Below, piece after piece: positions 46,725 through 55,596 of a DNA stretch of 64,000 nucleotides. The stretch lies in NCBI GenBank assembly GCA_013298185.1, contig JAAFJQ010000003.1, positions 694 through 64,693 on the forward strand, in the 5' to 3' direction. The notes under the pieces are model-generated. The model was not told the DNA's origin. It saw only the letters and a list, made by a program, of their open reading frames with translations, and searched no databases. Position numbers and translations under genes: made by a program. Each line of letters begins with the position of its first letter. Position 1 is the stretch's first letter. Origin of the DNA: Deinococcales bacterium. GTDB lineage: Bacteria; Deinococcota; Deinococci; Deinococcales; JAAFIG01.

Positions 46725-49700
46725 TTAGAACTTGAGGGCGTAGGTGATACGGAAGCGTTGACCGAAGATTGGTTGTGCCAAGCTGAAGTCACTGAACGCA
46801 AAGATACCGTATTCAAAGTTCAAACCATAGTAGCCAAAGTTAGCGTAGATACCGCTGACGTTTGCGCCAGCAGCGGTGCTATCGCTACCCCATGAGCCAA
46901 CACCGACTGGTGCGGCGAAGCTAGGTCCAAAGCCTGAACCGTTACGGTTTGTATCGGTACGTGAAGCAAATTGGATACCAAAGGTGCTTGGAGCGCCAAA
47001 TGGTCCAACTGCCCAGTTCAAGCCAAGCAAGAACCAACCAGTGCTTGCAGTGAAGTTGGTGGCTGCGGTGTGGCTGGTGGTGTCATATGCCAAACCGAGG
47101 GTGATTGCCGAACCGAACAAGAAGTTACCGCTGGCTGTGACCGCACCACCGAAGTTGGTTGGGTCGTCAGCGCCGAATGCAGCACCGTTGCTTGGTGTGG
47201 AAATGGTGCTGAAGTAGGCTTTTGGTGCAATGTCGAAGCCAGCCAAGTTGAACTTGGTGTCAACATACGCATAGAAGCGGGTATCAGTTTCAACGCTAAA
47301 GCTGTCACGGACACGCACACCCAAGGCGATATTCACGCCACCGATAAGCGCTCCAGCTTTTGTGCCATCGTGAGCAGCGGTGAATTCGAGTGTGCCACGG
47401 CTACGGACAGCTGTTGCGCCAGCGATTTCGTTCTCAAAGTCGTACTTCAGACCAAAGTCAAAGCCGAGCAGTCTAAAGCCAGTCAATGAGAAGCCGTAGT
47501 CGGTTTCAGCAGTGGCTGAAGCAACATTGGTGTCTGATTTTGGACCGTTGCCCAAAGCAACGCCTGGGTCGAGGCGACCACGGGCATCGTAGTACAAGGC
47601 AAAGCTGAACAAGCCAAAGATGTTCTTGATACCCAAGTCAACACCAAAGCCAGTTTGGTTCTTGGCGTACTTGCCATCTGAACCAAGTCCGTTGAAGTGA
47701 CCGTCAACAAAGCGGTAGTTAATACCGACGGTGAATGGATCGAGGTTAGCACCAACTTCAACAAAGGCAGCTGCGCTGCTTGCAATGGTTGGGGTGTCGC
47801 TCTTGTTCAATTCGCCCTTGAGATCCAAGAAGCCGAACAATTTACCGCCGAAATCCAAACCGTAAATGGTTGTGGTGTTGTTTGGCGAACCGAGGACATC
47901 TTGACCTTCGTAGCCGTAGTAAACGCCGCCACGGAAGCCTGGGATCAAGCTGGCAGTACCACGCACACCGGCGAAGTAACGGAAGTCACCGTTGTTGGAA
48001 GTACCAGCACTTGCCCCATTTGCCTGTGCAGCGGCAGTGATAGCGGTAACCGTACCGACGCTGGTTGGCAAGCTCAGATTTGTGCTTGTATCTGTGCCAA
48101 AGTCAACCGTATAGTTTGTACCATTGACGTTAATACGGAAGATTGTTGCAGTCGCATTACCAGTTACAGTACGCAAGTTAGCCAAGCTCAAGCTGACACG
48201 ACTGCTACCGTCTGAGCCAGTAATCAACTGGGTAACGGCAGCACCTGGGTTGTTGCCCGGGGTGTAAATTGAAACAGCAGCTCCGAAAGTCTGACCAATT
48301 GCACCATTCCTCGAGCCGTAAACAAAGGTCAAAGCCATATCGAGTGGCAACAAGCCTGCGCCGCTGAGTTGGGCAACAAAGCCTGCACCGCGTCCGCTGG
48401 TGTTCTTGAAGCCGTAGTCGGTAAAGCTGAAACCTGGTGTGTAACCAAAGTTAATCAGCAATGGTGCGCTACCAACATTGAACAAGGTTTGGAAAGCGGA
48501 AATACGGATGACTGGGTTAAAGCCAAAGGCATTGCTTGGATCGGTGAAGTTGCGGGTGCCACCATCGGTGAACGACAACACAAGGTTGAAGTTCGGGTAG
48601 GTGTTCCAGCTGTTGCTGCTCTCGATCAAGTTGCGTGGACGGAAAGTAAACGCCAAGTTCAGACCGTAGGTAACAACGCCTTCGGTACGGACGCCTGCTG
48701 CGGTGCTTAGAGTTCCACCTGCTAATGGACGTACCAATCCGTTCGTAACAGCCAAGCTGTTTCCGAAGTCGGAAACCGCAGTACCACCTGAAGCATAGCC
48801 AACTCGAGCCAAACCAAGGCGGTCAATATCGAAGTCGTTAGCGCCAACGTTTGCGCCACCAGCGGTGGTCCAAACTCGAGCTGTGTTGTAGGTCAAGCTG
48901 ATTGTTCCACCAATGGTGAAAGCACTTGCCTCGAGGGTAGCAACGCGACCTTCGACAGCTGTAACACGTCCTGCGACTCGAGCCAAGTCTGCTTCAACAG
49001 AGCCAACGCGGTCAGCAAGGGCGGTTTGGTCGCGGCGGAGGAGCGTGGTGAATTCGCGCAAGGATTCCAAGTCGTCTTGGCTTGCAGCGCTGTCAGCCAA
49101 GTCAGCCAAACCAGCATTGGTCACGGACAAGCCGCGCTCGAGTTGGGTTGTGCGGTCTTGGAGGCTCAGCACGTCTTGGTTCAAAAGAACAACAAGGTCG
49201 TTTAGAGCAGCAATGCTGTCGGCTTGACCTTCGACGGTTGCGCCGAGTTCGCCGAGTTGGCTCTCGAGGTCGTCAATGCGACCATTGAGTTCGTCGTAAC
49301 GGTCTTGGAGTTCACGAGCTTGAGCAAGTGCGGTGTCAGCAGCGATGCTGGTTGCTTCGACTTGATCGGTCAAGTCGGCAAATGCGGCTGGGTCAACACC
49401 GGCTGGCAAGTTCTCGAGGGCAGAAGCGACTGCTTCGGCAAGGTCACGGGCTTGGTTGGCGGTTTCTGCAACAGCAGCCAAGTCGTCGTTGGTGGCGTAA
49501 TCGCCAGCTGGTTGGGCTTCTTGGGCAAGTGCCAAGGCATCATCAGCAGTTTGTTGTGCAACTTCGGCAGCAGCCAAAGCAGCAGCAGCAGCGTCGGCGG
49601 CGTCCATGGCAGCTGCCATAGCGTCGTCGGCGGTTTCCTGTGCATTTGCAGCAGCGCCTAATGCGTCATCGGCGCTTTGTTGTGCAACTTCAACACCAGC

Positions 49701-51122
49701 AGCAGCATCGTCGGCGGTTTGTTGCGCGGCGGCAGCAGCAGCCAGTGCATCGTCGGCGGTTTGTTGCGCGGTAGCAGCAGCAGCAGCGGCAGCGTCGGCA
49801 GAATCTTGAGCAGCCATTGCCATTTGTGCAGCATCAGCAGCAGCTGCCATAGCGTCATCGGCGGTTTGTTGTGCGTTTGCAGCAGCGCCTAATGCGTCGT
49901 CGGCGCTTTGTTGTGCAACTTCAACACCAGCAGCAGCGTCGTCGGCGGTTTGTTGCGCGGCGGCAGCAGCAGCCAGTGCATCGTCGGCGGTTTGTTGGGC
50001 AGCCATGGCAGCAGCCATTGCATCATCAGCGCTTTGTTGGGCGTTGGCAGCGGCGTTGATTGCATCGTCGGCGGTTTGTTGGGCAGCACTTGCACCAGCA
50101 GCAGCGTCATCGGCAGCTTGTTGGGCAGCAGCAGCAGCAGCCAAGGCGTCGTCGCCTGTTTGTTGGGCAGCAGCAGCAGCAGCAGCGGCAGCGTCGGCGC
50201 TTTCTTGAGCGGCGGCAGCGGCAGCCATGGCGTCATCGCCTGTTTGTTGGGCAGCAGCAGCAGCACCTAATGCGTCGTCGGCGGTCTGTTGAGCAGCAGC
50301 AGCGGCAGCAGCAGCGTCATCGGCTGCTTGTTGTGCAGCAGCAGCAGCAGCCAGTCCGTCGTCGCCTGTTTGTTGGGCAGCGGCGGCAGCAGCGTTGGCA
50401 GCGTCGGCAGCAGCACCAGCAGCATCAGCGGTTTGTTGAGCGCCAGCAGCGGCAGCACCGGCTGCATCAGCTGCTTGTTGTGCAGCAGCAGCGCTGTCGC
50501 TTGCAGCTTGGGCAGCGCCAGCAGCAGCTTCGGCGAGGTCGCGGGCTTGGGTGGCAATTTCTTCAACGCGAGCCAAGTCGTCGGCAGTGACTGCGTTGTC
50601 CTCGAGTTCGGCAACGCGAACACCGAGTTGGGCAAGGTCAGCAGCCAATTCTTGGATGGCGTTTTGCAAAACAACCAAGTCAGCGGCGGTCAAGAAATTC
50701 TTAAGGTCGTCTTTGGTCGCGACATTGGTTGGCAATGGAGCAGTTCCGCCAGTTTGTGCAGCTTTGATAGCAGCATCCAAGTCAGCTTTGGTAGCGTAAC
50801 GTGGAATGCCACATTCGCCGTTGCGGACAGCGTCGAGCAAACGAGCAACAATAGCGGCGGCTTGGTAACGGCTCACTGGTTCGTTACCACGGAAAGTGCC
50901 ATCTGGGAAACCACGAACGATACCGCAGTTCGCAGCGACTTGGATGGCGGCGGATGCCCAGTGACCGGCTGGAATGTCTTTCAATTCAGCTGGTTTCTGG
51001 TTTTGAGTCTGGGCGGTTGCTGGATCTACTTGCCCAGTTGGGTTGGTGCCTGTTTGCGCGAACGCGGTAGCTCCCGCACTGAGCGCAGCAGTCAACAACA
51101 TTGCAGCCGTGATTTTCTTCAT
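46725..51122 (-). CDS. slpA: giant SlpA-type envelope protein: SLH domain, Ala-rich coiled coil and C-terminal beta-barrel
   Basis: 1465 aa. Signal peptide MKKITAAMLLTAALSAGATAFAQ. SLH motif DIPAGHWASAAIQVAANCGIVRGFPDGTFRGNEPVSRYQAA. The C-terminal part is rich in alternating G/S/T/aromatic beta-strand patterns and ends YALKF. Confidence 0.85.
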   Translation of the reverse strand: MKKITAAMLLTAALSAGATAFAQTGTNPTGQVDPATAQTQNQKPAELKDIPAGHWASAAIQVAANCGIVRGFPDGTFRGNEPVSRYQAAAIVARLLDAVRNGECGIPRYATKADLDAAIKAAQTGGTAPLPTNVATKDDLKNFLTAADLVVLQNAIQELAADLAQLGVRVAELEDNAVTADDLARVEEIATQARDLAEAAAGAAQAASDSAAAAQQAADAAGAAAAGAQQTADAAGAAADAANAAAAAAQQTGDDGLAAAAAAQQAADDAAAAAAAAQQTADDALGAAAAAQQTGDDAMAAAAAAQESADAAAAAAAAAQQTGDDALAAAAAAQQAADDAAAGASAAQQTADDAINAAANAQQSADDAMAAAMAAQQTADDALAAAAAAQQTADDAAAGVEVAQQSADDALGAAANAQQTADDAMAAAADAAQMAMAAQDSADAAAAAAATAQQTADDALAAAAAAQQTADDAAAGVEVAQQSADDALGAAANAQETADDAMAAAMDAADAAAAALAAAEVAQQTADDALALAQEAQPAGDYATNDDLAAVAETANQARDLAEAVASALENLPAGVDPAAFADLTDQVEATSIAADTALAQARELQDRYDELNGRIDDLESQLGELGATVEGQADSIAALNDLVVLLNQDVLSLQDRTTQLERGLSVTNAGLADLADSAASQDDLESLREFTTLLRRDQTALADRVGSVEADLARVAGRVTAVEGRVATLEASAFTIGGTISLTYNTARVWTTAGGANVGANDFDIDRLGLARVGYASGGTAVSDFGNSLAVTNGLVRPLAGGTLSTAAGVRTEGVVTYGLNLAFTFRPRNLIESSNSWNTYPNFNLVLSFTDGGTRNFTDPSNAFGFNPVIRISAFQTLFNVGSAPLLINFGYTPGFSFTDYGFKNTSGRGAGFVAQLSGAGLLPLDMALTFVYGSRNGAIGQTFGAAVSIYTPGNNPGAAVTQLITGSDGSSRVSLSLANLRTVTGNATATIFRINVNGTNYTVDFGTDTSTNLSLPTSVGTVTAITAAAQANGASAGTSNNGDFRYFAGVRGTASLIPGFRGGVYYGYEGQDVLGSPNNTTTIYGLDFGGKLFGFLDLKGELNKSDTPTIASSAAAFVEVGANLDPFTVGINYRFVDGHFNGLGSDGKYAKNQTGFGVDLGIKNIFGLFSFALYYDARGRLDPGVALGNGPKSDTNVASATAETDYGFSLTGFRLLGFDFGLKYDFENEIAGATAVRSRGTLEFTAAHDGTKAGALIGGVNIALGVRVRDSFSVETDTRFYAYVDTKFNLAGFDIAPKAYFSTISTPSNGAAFGADDPTNFGGAVTASGNFLFGSAITLGLAYDTTSHTAATNFTASTGWFLLGLNWAVGPFGAPSTFGIQFASRTDTNRNGSGFGPSFAAPVGVGSWGSDSTAAGANVSGIYANFGYYGLNFEYGIFAFSDFSLAQPIFGQRFRITYALKF
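49490..50530 (-). repeat. tandem 42-nt (14-codon) repeats inside slpA, with a 231-bp higher-order duplication
   Basis: At least 18 units of the type QQTADDAxAAAAAA. 49646-49766 is near-identical to 49877-49997 (2 mismatches seen). Confidence 0.85.
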
Positions 51123-51324
51123 TACTACCCCCTAAAGGTATGCGCGGCTTTGTGGCTTTGGTGGTTCTTGGGGGGACTCGAGGCGAGTTACCGTGTTTCC
51201 TCTCTCGGGTTTGACCTTAAAAAACCATGTCCAGCGTAGGCGTTGCACGTTGCAGGCACTCGAGAACCGTTTGGGGTTTTCGCTATCGCGAAGAGGTTCT
51301 GTTGTGACGCTGCTCCAGTTCTAG

Positions 51325-51355
51325 ATTTTAACACAATGAGAGCAGGTAAAGTCAA
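51325..51355 (-). promoter_or_regulatory. candidate slpA promoter
   Basis: The gene strand reads TTGACT, about 18-19 nt, then TTAAAAT, roughly 200 nt upstream of the ATG. The spacing is longer than ideal. Confidence 0.3.
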
Positions 51356-51566
51356 ATCTAAGAATTGATGCGGCTCATGAGACACCAAAAGCGGCTTTGC
51401 TGTTGTGTGAGAGCAATTGTAAGCCTATCGAGCATGTATCGCGTTTGTTCTCATGAAGCTACCATAGTAACAAGATGAGCATAAAAAATCAGAATCTCGA
51501 GTCATCTGTGCTAAAAGCATCAATGAAGTCAAAAAAGACCGATTGTATTTTTTTATTCTCATGAAA

Positions 51567-53000
51567 CTATTGGAGTAAACTACCTCGAGCTTGCATCGGT
51601 TGAGAAAAAATTAAAATCGTCAGGATGTTCAGTAACAACAACAACAGCACTTGAGGCAGCATCCTCAGAACCACACCTCGAGTATCCTTGGCTTGGCTCG
51701 AGGCTTTTTGGTACGTGATGTACAAACCAGCAAAAAAGGCGAGGTATGTCACCACCACCTGAAAAGGAAAAATCGCATCCAAACGCGGCGTGACCGCCAA
51801 AGGCGCTGGCTCGAGCGGCAACCCTAGGCGCATGAAAGCGGTGATGATGTTGGGGTACAAGGTGTTTGCCCCAGTCACAAAATGAAATAGGTAATGCCCG
51901 CCCCAAATCGAGAGTAGAATCGGATACAAAACCCCGACCCAATCGCGCAGATGACCCGAGGCTCGAGCCGCCAAGACCGTCAGACCAACTCCTAAACCCA
52001 GTGCAACCACAAAAATCAAAGCCAACAGCAGCGCTTCATCTCGAGTACCGAGCAGACCAGATAGCCAATTTGCCAAGTTATAATACGGCGGAATCATCGC
52101 AAAGGCATTCAGCAGCCCCGCCCAAGTCAGCAGCAGCACAAACCAAGTCCAATCGGTTTTGGGTTTGCTATGCAATGCTTCACGCAACGGATTTCTGACC
52201 TCGAGCGCGACATTGTCATACGGGCAGGCCCGAACGCAGTTCAGGCAGAGCGTGCAATCTTCGTTGCTGCTGATACTCGGCACAAACAAATTGGTTTCGC
52301 AGCCCGAGAACGCCCCAAGTGGTTTGGCGTTCATTGGCTCGAGTTGCAACAGCACATGCTCGGCGCGGTTGCCAAGCATCGGCGCTCGAGTGCTGGCAGT
52401 CTCGAGCCGACCATTGAGACAGTACTTGCCTTCGCAACTCGAGCAGACGTTATGGTCTTTGGCAGTAATTTGGGTTGGGCTAACCGTCGAGAGCGCAAAG
52501 TTGAAGTTACCCAGTGGGCAAACATATTTGCAAAATGTTCCCACCGGAAAAAGTGCATCCACAAAAAACGCTGCCACAAAATACCCAACAATCAGCCAAG
52601 CCGTCAGCCAAGGACTTGCCCAGAGGTCAAAGTGTTCATAAGAAAATAGGAATACAAGTGTGGCAGCCAGCACCAAGTACTTGTTTTTTAGCGCTCGAGG
52701 GAAAGAAAATTCGGGCAGGAAACGCTTCGCCAGTTTGGTCGCACCTCGAGTCAGCATCAAAGGGCAAGCGGCGCAAAATAAATTACCAAACACAGCAATT
52801 GCCAAAGCCACCAGCCCACGATAATGCACCCAAACCGCCACGGTTGCGGTGTTGGTTGGCGCGAGTTGTCGCCCAGAAAAACCATCGTAAATTGCAAGAA
52901 GTGCGATTGCCAGCAGCGGCACTTGCAGCACAAACCTCGAGTAACGCCAGCGCAGAAAACCACCCAGAAGTGGAACACGCAAAACGTCTAAACGGGTCAT
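51567..53000 (-). CDS. integral-membrane polyferredoxin (CcoG/FixG/NapH-like 4Fe-4S protein)
   Basis: 477 aa with multiple TM helices. Cys clusters CAACP, CKYVCP, CSSCEGKYC and CTLCLNCVRACP. Confidence 0.8.
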   Translation of the reverse strand: MTRLDVLRVPLLGGFLRWRYSRFVLQVPLLAIALLAIYDGFSGRQLAPTNTATVAVWVHYRGLVALAIAVFGNLFCAACPLMLTRGATKLAKRFLPEFSFPRALKNKYLVLAATLVFLFSYEHFDLWASPWLTAWLIVGYFVAAFFVDALFPVGTFCKYVCPLGNFNFALSTVSPTQITAKDHNVCSSCEGKYCLNGRLETASTRAPMLGNRAEHVLLQLEPMNAKPLGAFSGCETNLFVPSISSNEDCTLCLNCVRACPYDNVALEVRNPLREALHSKPKTDWTWFVLLLTWAGLLNAFAMIPPYYNLANWLSGLLGTRDEALLLALIFVVALGLGVGLTVLAARASGHLRDWVGVLYPILLSIWGGHYLFHFVTGANTLYPNIITAFMRLGLPLEPAPLAVTPRLDAIFPFQVVVTYLAFFAGLYITYQKASSQAKDTRGVVLRMLPQVLLLLLLNILTILIFSQPMQARGSLLQ

Positions 53001-53007
53001 GGATGAT

Positions 53008-53403
53008 TCATGGGTTCACCCCAAGCCTCGTTTCGCCAAGCAGGGTTTTGGAATTGGTCTTGGCGGTGATGCTCAGCACCCAATCACCCGACATGGTGAA
53101 ATGAAACGCCTCGAGCCGATAACGCCCATTGCCGATTGCCTTAGCGGTTTGTTGGACAGGTGCCATACCCGCATGGGTCATATCACCACGCACAATCACT
53201 TCGGCATTCTCGAGGGGCTTATTTTGATAGAGCAAGGTCAGGGTGATTGGGGCAAAACCAACTTTGGGATTCGTGACCTCGAGTTTGACGGTCAGGTCGT
53301 TTTGTTGGGGTGGGGCGCAAGCGATCAGGAAAACAAACAGGCTTTGAGCTATGAGCTTTGAGCCATGAGGGGGAACTCGAGAAGGGTAGCCCGAGAGCTT
53401 CAT
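53008..53403 (-). CDS. YtkA/FixH-like lipoprotein
   Basis: Lipobox LFVFLIAC. DMTHAGM and FTMSGDW are typical of the YtkA-like domain. Confidence 0.65.
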   Translation of the reverse strand: MKLSGYPSRVPPHGSKLIAQSLFVFLIACAPPQQNDLTVKLEVTNPKVGFAPITLTLLYQNKPLENAEVIVRGDMTHAGMAPVQQTAKAIGNGRYRLEAFHFTMSGDWVLSITAKTNSKTLLGETRLGVNP

Positions 53404-53906
53404 GGCTGGACTTCCTTATTCTTGGGGCGGGTGAATAAGACCAATGCCAAGGCAATCAAGGCAATCACCACGGGCAATGCAGCCAAAATGATTAAGAGGG
53501 TGATGTCGGGTTGACCAACTTTTGAAGGCGGTAAAACCAAACGCACTGGTTCTTTCAGTGGAAACTGCACAGTGGCAGCCACCTCGAGGGCTTCTTGTGG
53601 GAAGGTGGTATCGCGGAATTTCAGGGTGTACGTACCACTTGGGATTTGCACTGGAACTCGGTACTCACCGTCGGCAATGGGTTTGACTGTGCCACTCGAG
53701 ATTTCGCCAGCATCGGATAAAAAACTGTAGGCAAGGGTCGCACCGTTGATGGGTTCGCCTTGGACACCGTTCATCAGGACGACAAGGTCTTTGCCTTCGG
53801 TGAAGGTATCTAAATTCACAGCAACAGCATGGGCAAGGGCAGAGGAAAGGGGAAAGAGGAAAGAGGAAAGAAAAAGCAGTAAGTAGAGGAAACGCATCGA
53901 GCGCAT
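53400..53906 (-). CDS. secreted Ig-like protein with a predicted N-terminal His and a C-terminal TM anchor
   Basis: The ATG at 53906 starts signal peptide MRSMRFLYLLLFLSSFLFPLSSALA, followed by HAVAV. C-terminal anchor ITLLIILAALPVVIALIALALVLF. ATGA-type overlap with the next gene. Confidence 0.6.
   Translation of the reverse strand: MRSMRFLYLLLFLSSFLFPLSSALAHAVAVNLDTFTEGKDLVVLMNGVQGEPINGATLAYSFLSDAGEISSGTVKPIADGEYRVPVQIPSGTYTLKFRDTTFPQEALEVAATVQFPLKEPVRLVLPPSKVGQPDITLLIILAALPVVIALIALALVLFTRPKNKEVQP
53838..53892. repeat. purine-only heptamer array lying inside coding sequence (it encodes the signal peptide on the other strand)
   Basis: GCAGAGGAAAGGGGAAAGAGGAAAGAGGAAAGAAAAAGC. The reverse strand encodes FLYLLLFLSSFLFPLSSA. 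Confidence 0.8.
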
Positions 53907-54072
53907 GGCAAAATTGTAGCGCAGATTCTTATAGACGTTTGCCTGTCTCAAGTTGTACGGCACAAGTACGCCAAATAGCCCAAGGCAAAAAAAACGATTC
54001 TCGAGTAGGCTAATAAGAGAACTCGAGGAAGGAGGAAAGAGGAACGAAAAATTCAAAACCGTTTCGTTTTAT

Positions 54073-54894
54073 ATGTTTACTTTCCTTGATTTCCTCGATA
54101 TTGCGCTGGTCACGGTACTGCTCTACCAAGCCTACCGTCTGATGGCGGATTCACGCACACTGAACTTGGTGCGCGGTTTGGTGGTTTTTGGCTTGACTTT
54201 GTACGCGGCTCGGTGGTTGGGTTTGACCACGCTGTACGCGATTCTCGAGCGGATCGCAGCGATTGGTGTGTTTGCTTTGATTGTGATTTTTCAACCTGAA
54301 CTCCGCGCTGTTCTCGAGCGGGTTGGCAGACCACGACAAACCGAGGATACCCCGCAGTTCTTGGCGCTGAACGAAATCACTCGAGCTGTGGAATGGTTGG
54401 CAGAACGTAAAATTGGGGCGCTGATTGCCTTGGAACGCCAAACGCCGCTGGGCGATTACGCTGGCAGTGGGATTAAACTCGATGCTGAAGTTTCAAGTGG
54501 TTTACTCGAGACCATTTTTGCTCGGAACACACCGCTACACGATGGCGGGGTGATTGTGCAGCACGGACGGATTCGGGCAGCGGGTTGCTTATTTCCACTG
54601 CAAAGCGATTCAAGCGGGGTGCAGCGTTTTCTTGGCACGCGCCACCGTGCAGCGTTGGGTTTATCTGACCAGACCGATGCTTTAATTGTTGTGGTTTCCG
54701 AGGAACGCGGTTCGGTTCGCTTAGCCGAAAGCGGGGTTCTTAGCCCAGATTTAACCGTCCTCGAGTTGCGCGAACGGCTTCGCACATCCACCGTGCAGAA
54801 AACCGCACCCAGCAAAATTCGGCGTTTTGGTTTAACCAGACAAAAACTCCAAGAAAGTCGTCAAAATCCTTCTGAGGTTGGCAATGCAAGCTAG
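54073..54894 (+). CDS. cdaA: diadenylate cyclase CdaA (DisA_N domain)
   Basis: Three N-terminal TM helices, then TPLHDGGVIV and GTRHRAALGLSDQTDALIVVVSEERG. Confidence 0.9.
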   Translation: MFTFLDFLDIALVTVLLYQAYRLMADSRTLNLVRGLVVFGLTLYAARWLGLTTLYAILERIAAIGVFALIVIFQPELRAVLERVGRPRQTEDTPQFLALNEITRAVEWLAERKIGALIALERQTPLGDYAGSGIKLDAEVSSGLLETIFARNTPLHDGGVIVQHGRIRAAGCLFPLQSDSSGVQRFLGTRHRAALGLSDQTDALIVVVSEERGSVRLAESGVLSPDLTVLELRERLRTSTVQKTAPSKIRRFGLTRQKLQESRQNPSEVGNAS

Positions 54895-54902
54895 TTCTGA
54901 GG

Positions 54903-55523
54903 TTGGCAATGCAGGTTAAACTGCTCGAGCAGTTACGGCGTTATGGTTGGTTTGAAAATTGGTTGGCTAAACTTGGGGCGTTACTGATTGCGATTGTCTT
55001 GTGGTTTGCTGCCACCACCGAGCGCCGCACCACAGCAACCCGAAGCATCGAAGTGCCACTCGAGGTGCGAGGCTTAAGCGAAAACCGCGTGATCCAAGAC
55101 TTACCCAAAACCGTGCGCTTACAAATCCAAGGCGCTCGCAGTGAACTCGAGCAAATCCAAAGCAGCAACCTTGAAGCCAGCATCAACATCTCGAGTCGCC
55201 CCGATGGTTTTTTCTCGAGCGATGTTCGGGTTGACGCCCCAACCAACGTCAGCGTGATTTCTTATGAACCACGCCGCATTTCCGCCACCCTAAAAAGCGT
55301 GGTGCAAGAAAGTGTGCTGGTCAGAATTGCTTCGGATAACCCAGCTCAGACCTTCCCCTCGAGTTTCACAGTCCTAGCCATTGGTACAAGCGAACAAGTC
55401 AGCCAAGTTGCTTTTGCAGTTGGTATTGCAGGCAGCGCCCAAACCACCCTGACCCCAGTGGACAAGGACGGAAAATTTGTCGAAGGCGTGCGCCTCGAGC
55501 CAAGCAGTGTACAAATTAGGTAA
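54903..55523 (+). CDS. cdaR: YbbR-domain protein (CdaR-like regulator of CdaA)
   Basis: Has an N-terminal TM anchor followed by repeated YbbR-like beta modules (IEVPLEVRGL, VRLQIQG). Sits directly after cdaA. Confidence 0.7.
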   Translation: MAMQVKLLEQLRRYGWFENWLAKLGALLIAIVLWFAATTERRTTATRSIEVPLEVRGLSENRVIQDLPKTVRLQIQGARSELEQIQSSNLEASINISSRPDGFFSSDVRVDAPTNVSVISYEPRRISATLKSVVQESVLVRIASDNPAQTFPSSFTVLAIGTSEQVSQVAFAVGIAGSAQTTLTPVDKDGKFVEGVRLEPSSVQIR

Positions 55524-55596
55524 AAGAGAAAAGAGAAAAGAGGAAGGGTGCGTAAAGATTTTTACTTTTCTCTTTAACCTTTCCTCTTTCCTCCTC
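55519..55596. repeat. purine/pyrimidine heptamer inverted arrays between the convergent cdaR and lipA genes
   Basis: GGTAAAAGAGAAAAGAGAAAAGAGGAAGG...TTTTACTTTTCTCTTTAACCTTTCCTCTTTCCTCC. Confidence 0.7.

Noticed and set aside
49328-51239. There are many long ORFs on both strands inside the slpA repeat region, for example 50289-51239 (+, 316 aa), 50060-50590 (+, Q/R-rich) and 49889-50266 (-).
   Set aside because: They are alternative-frame or antisense readings of the GCN-rich 42-nt repeats. They give low-complexity S/C/L or Q/R strings and have no start context. The slpA frame explains the region.
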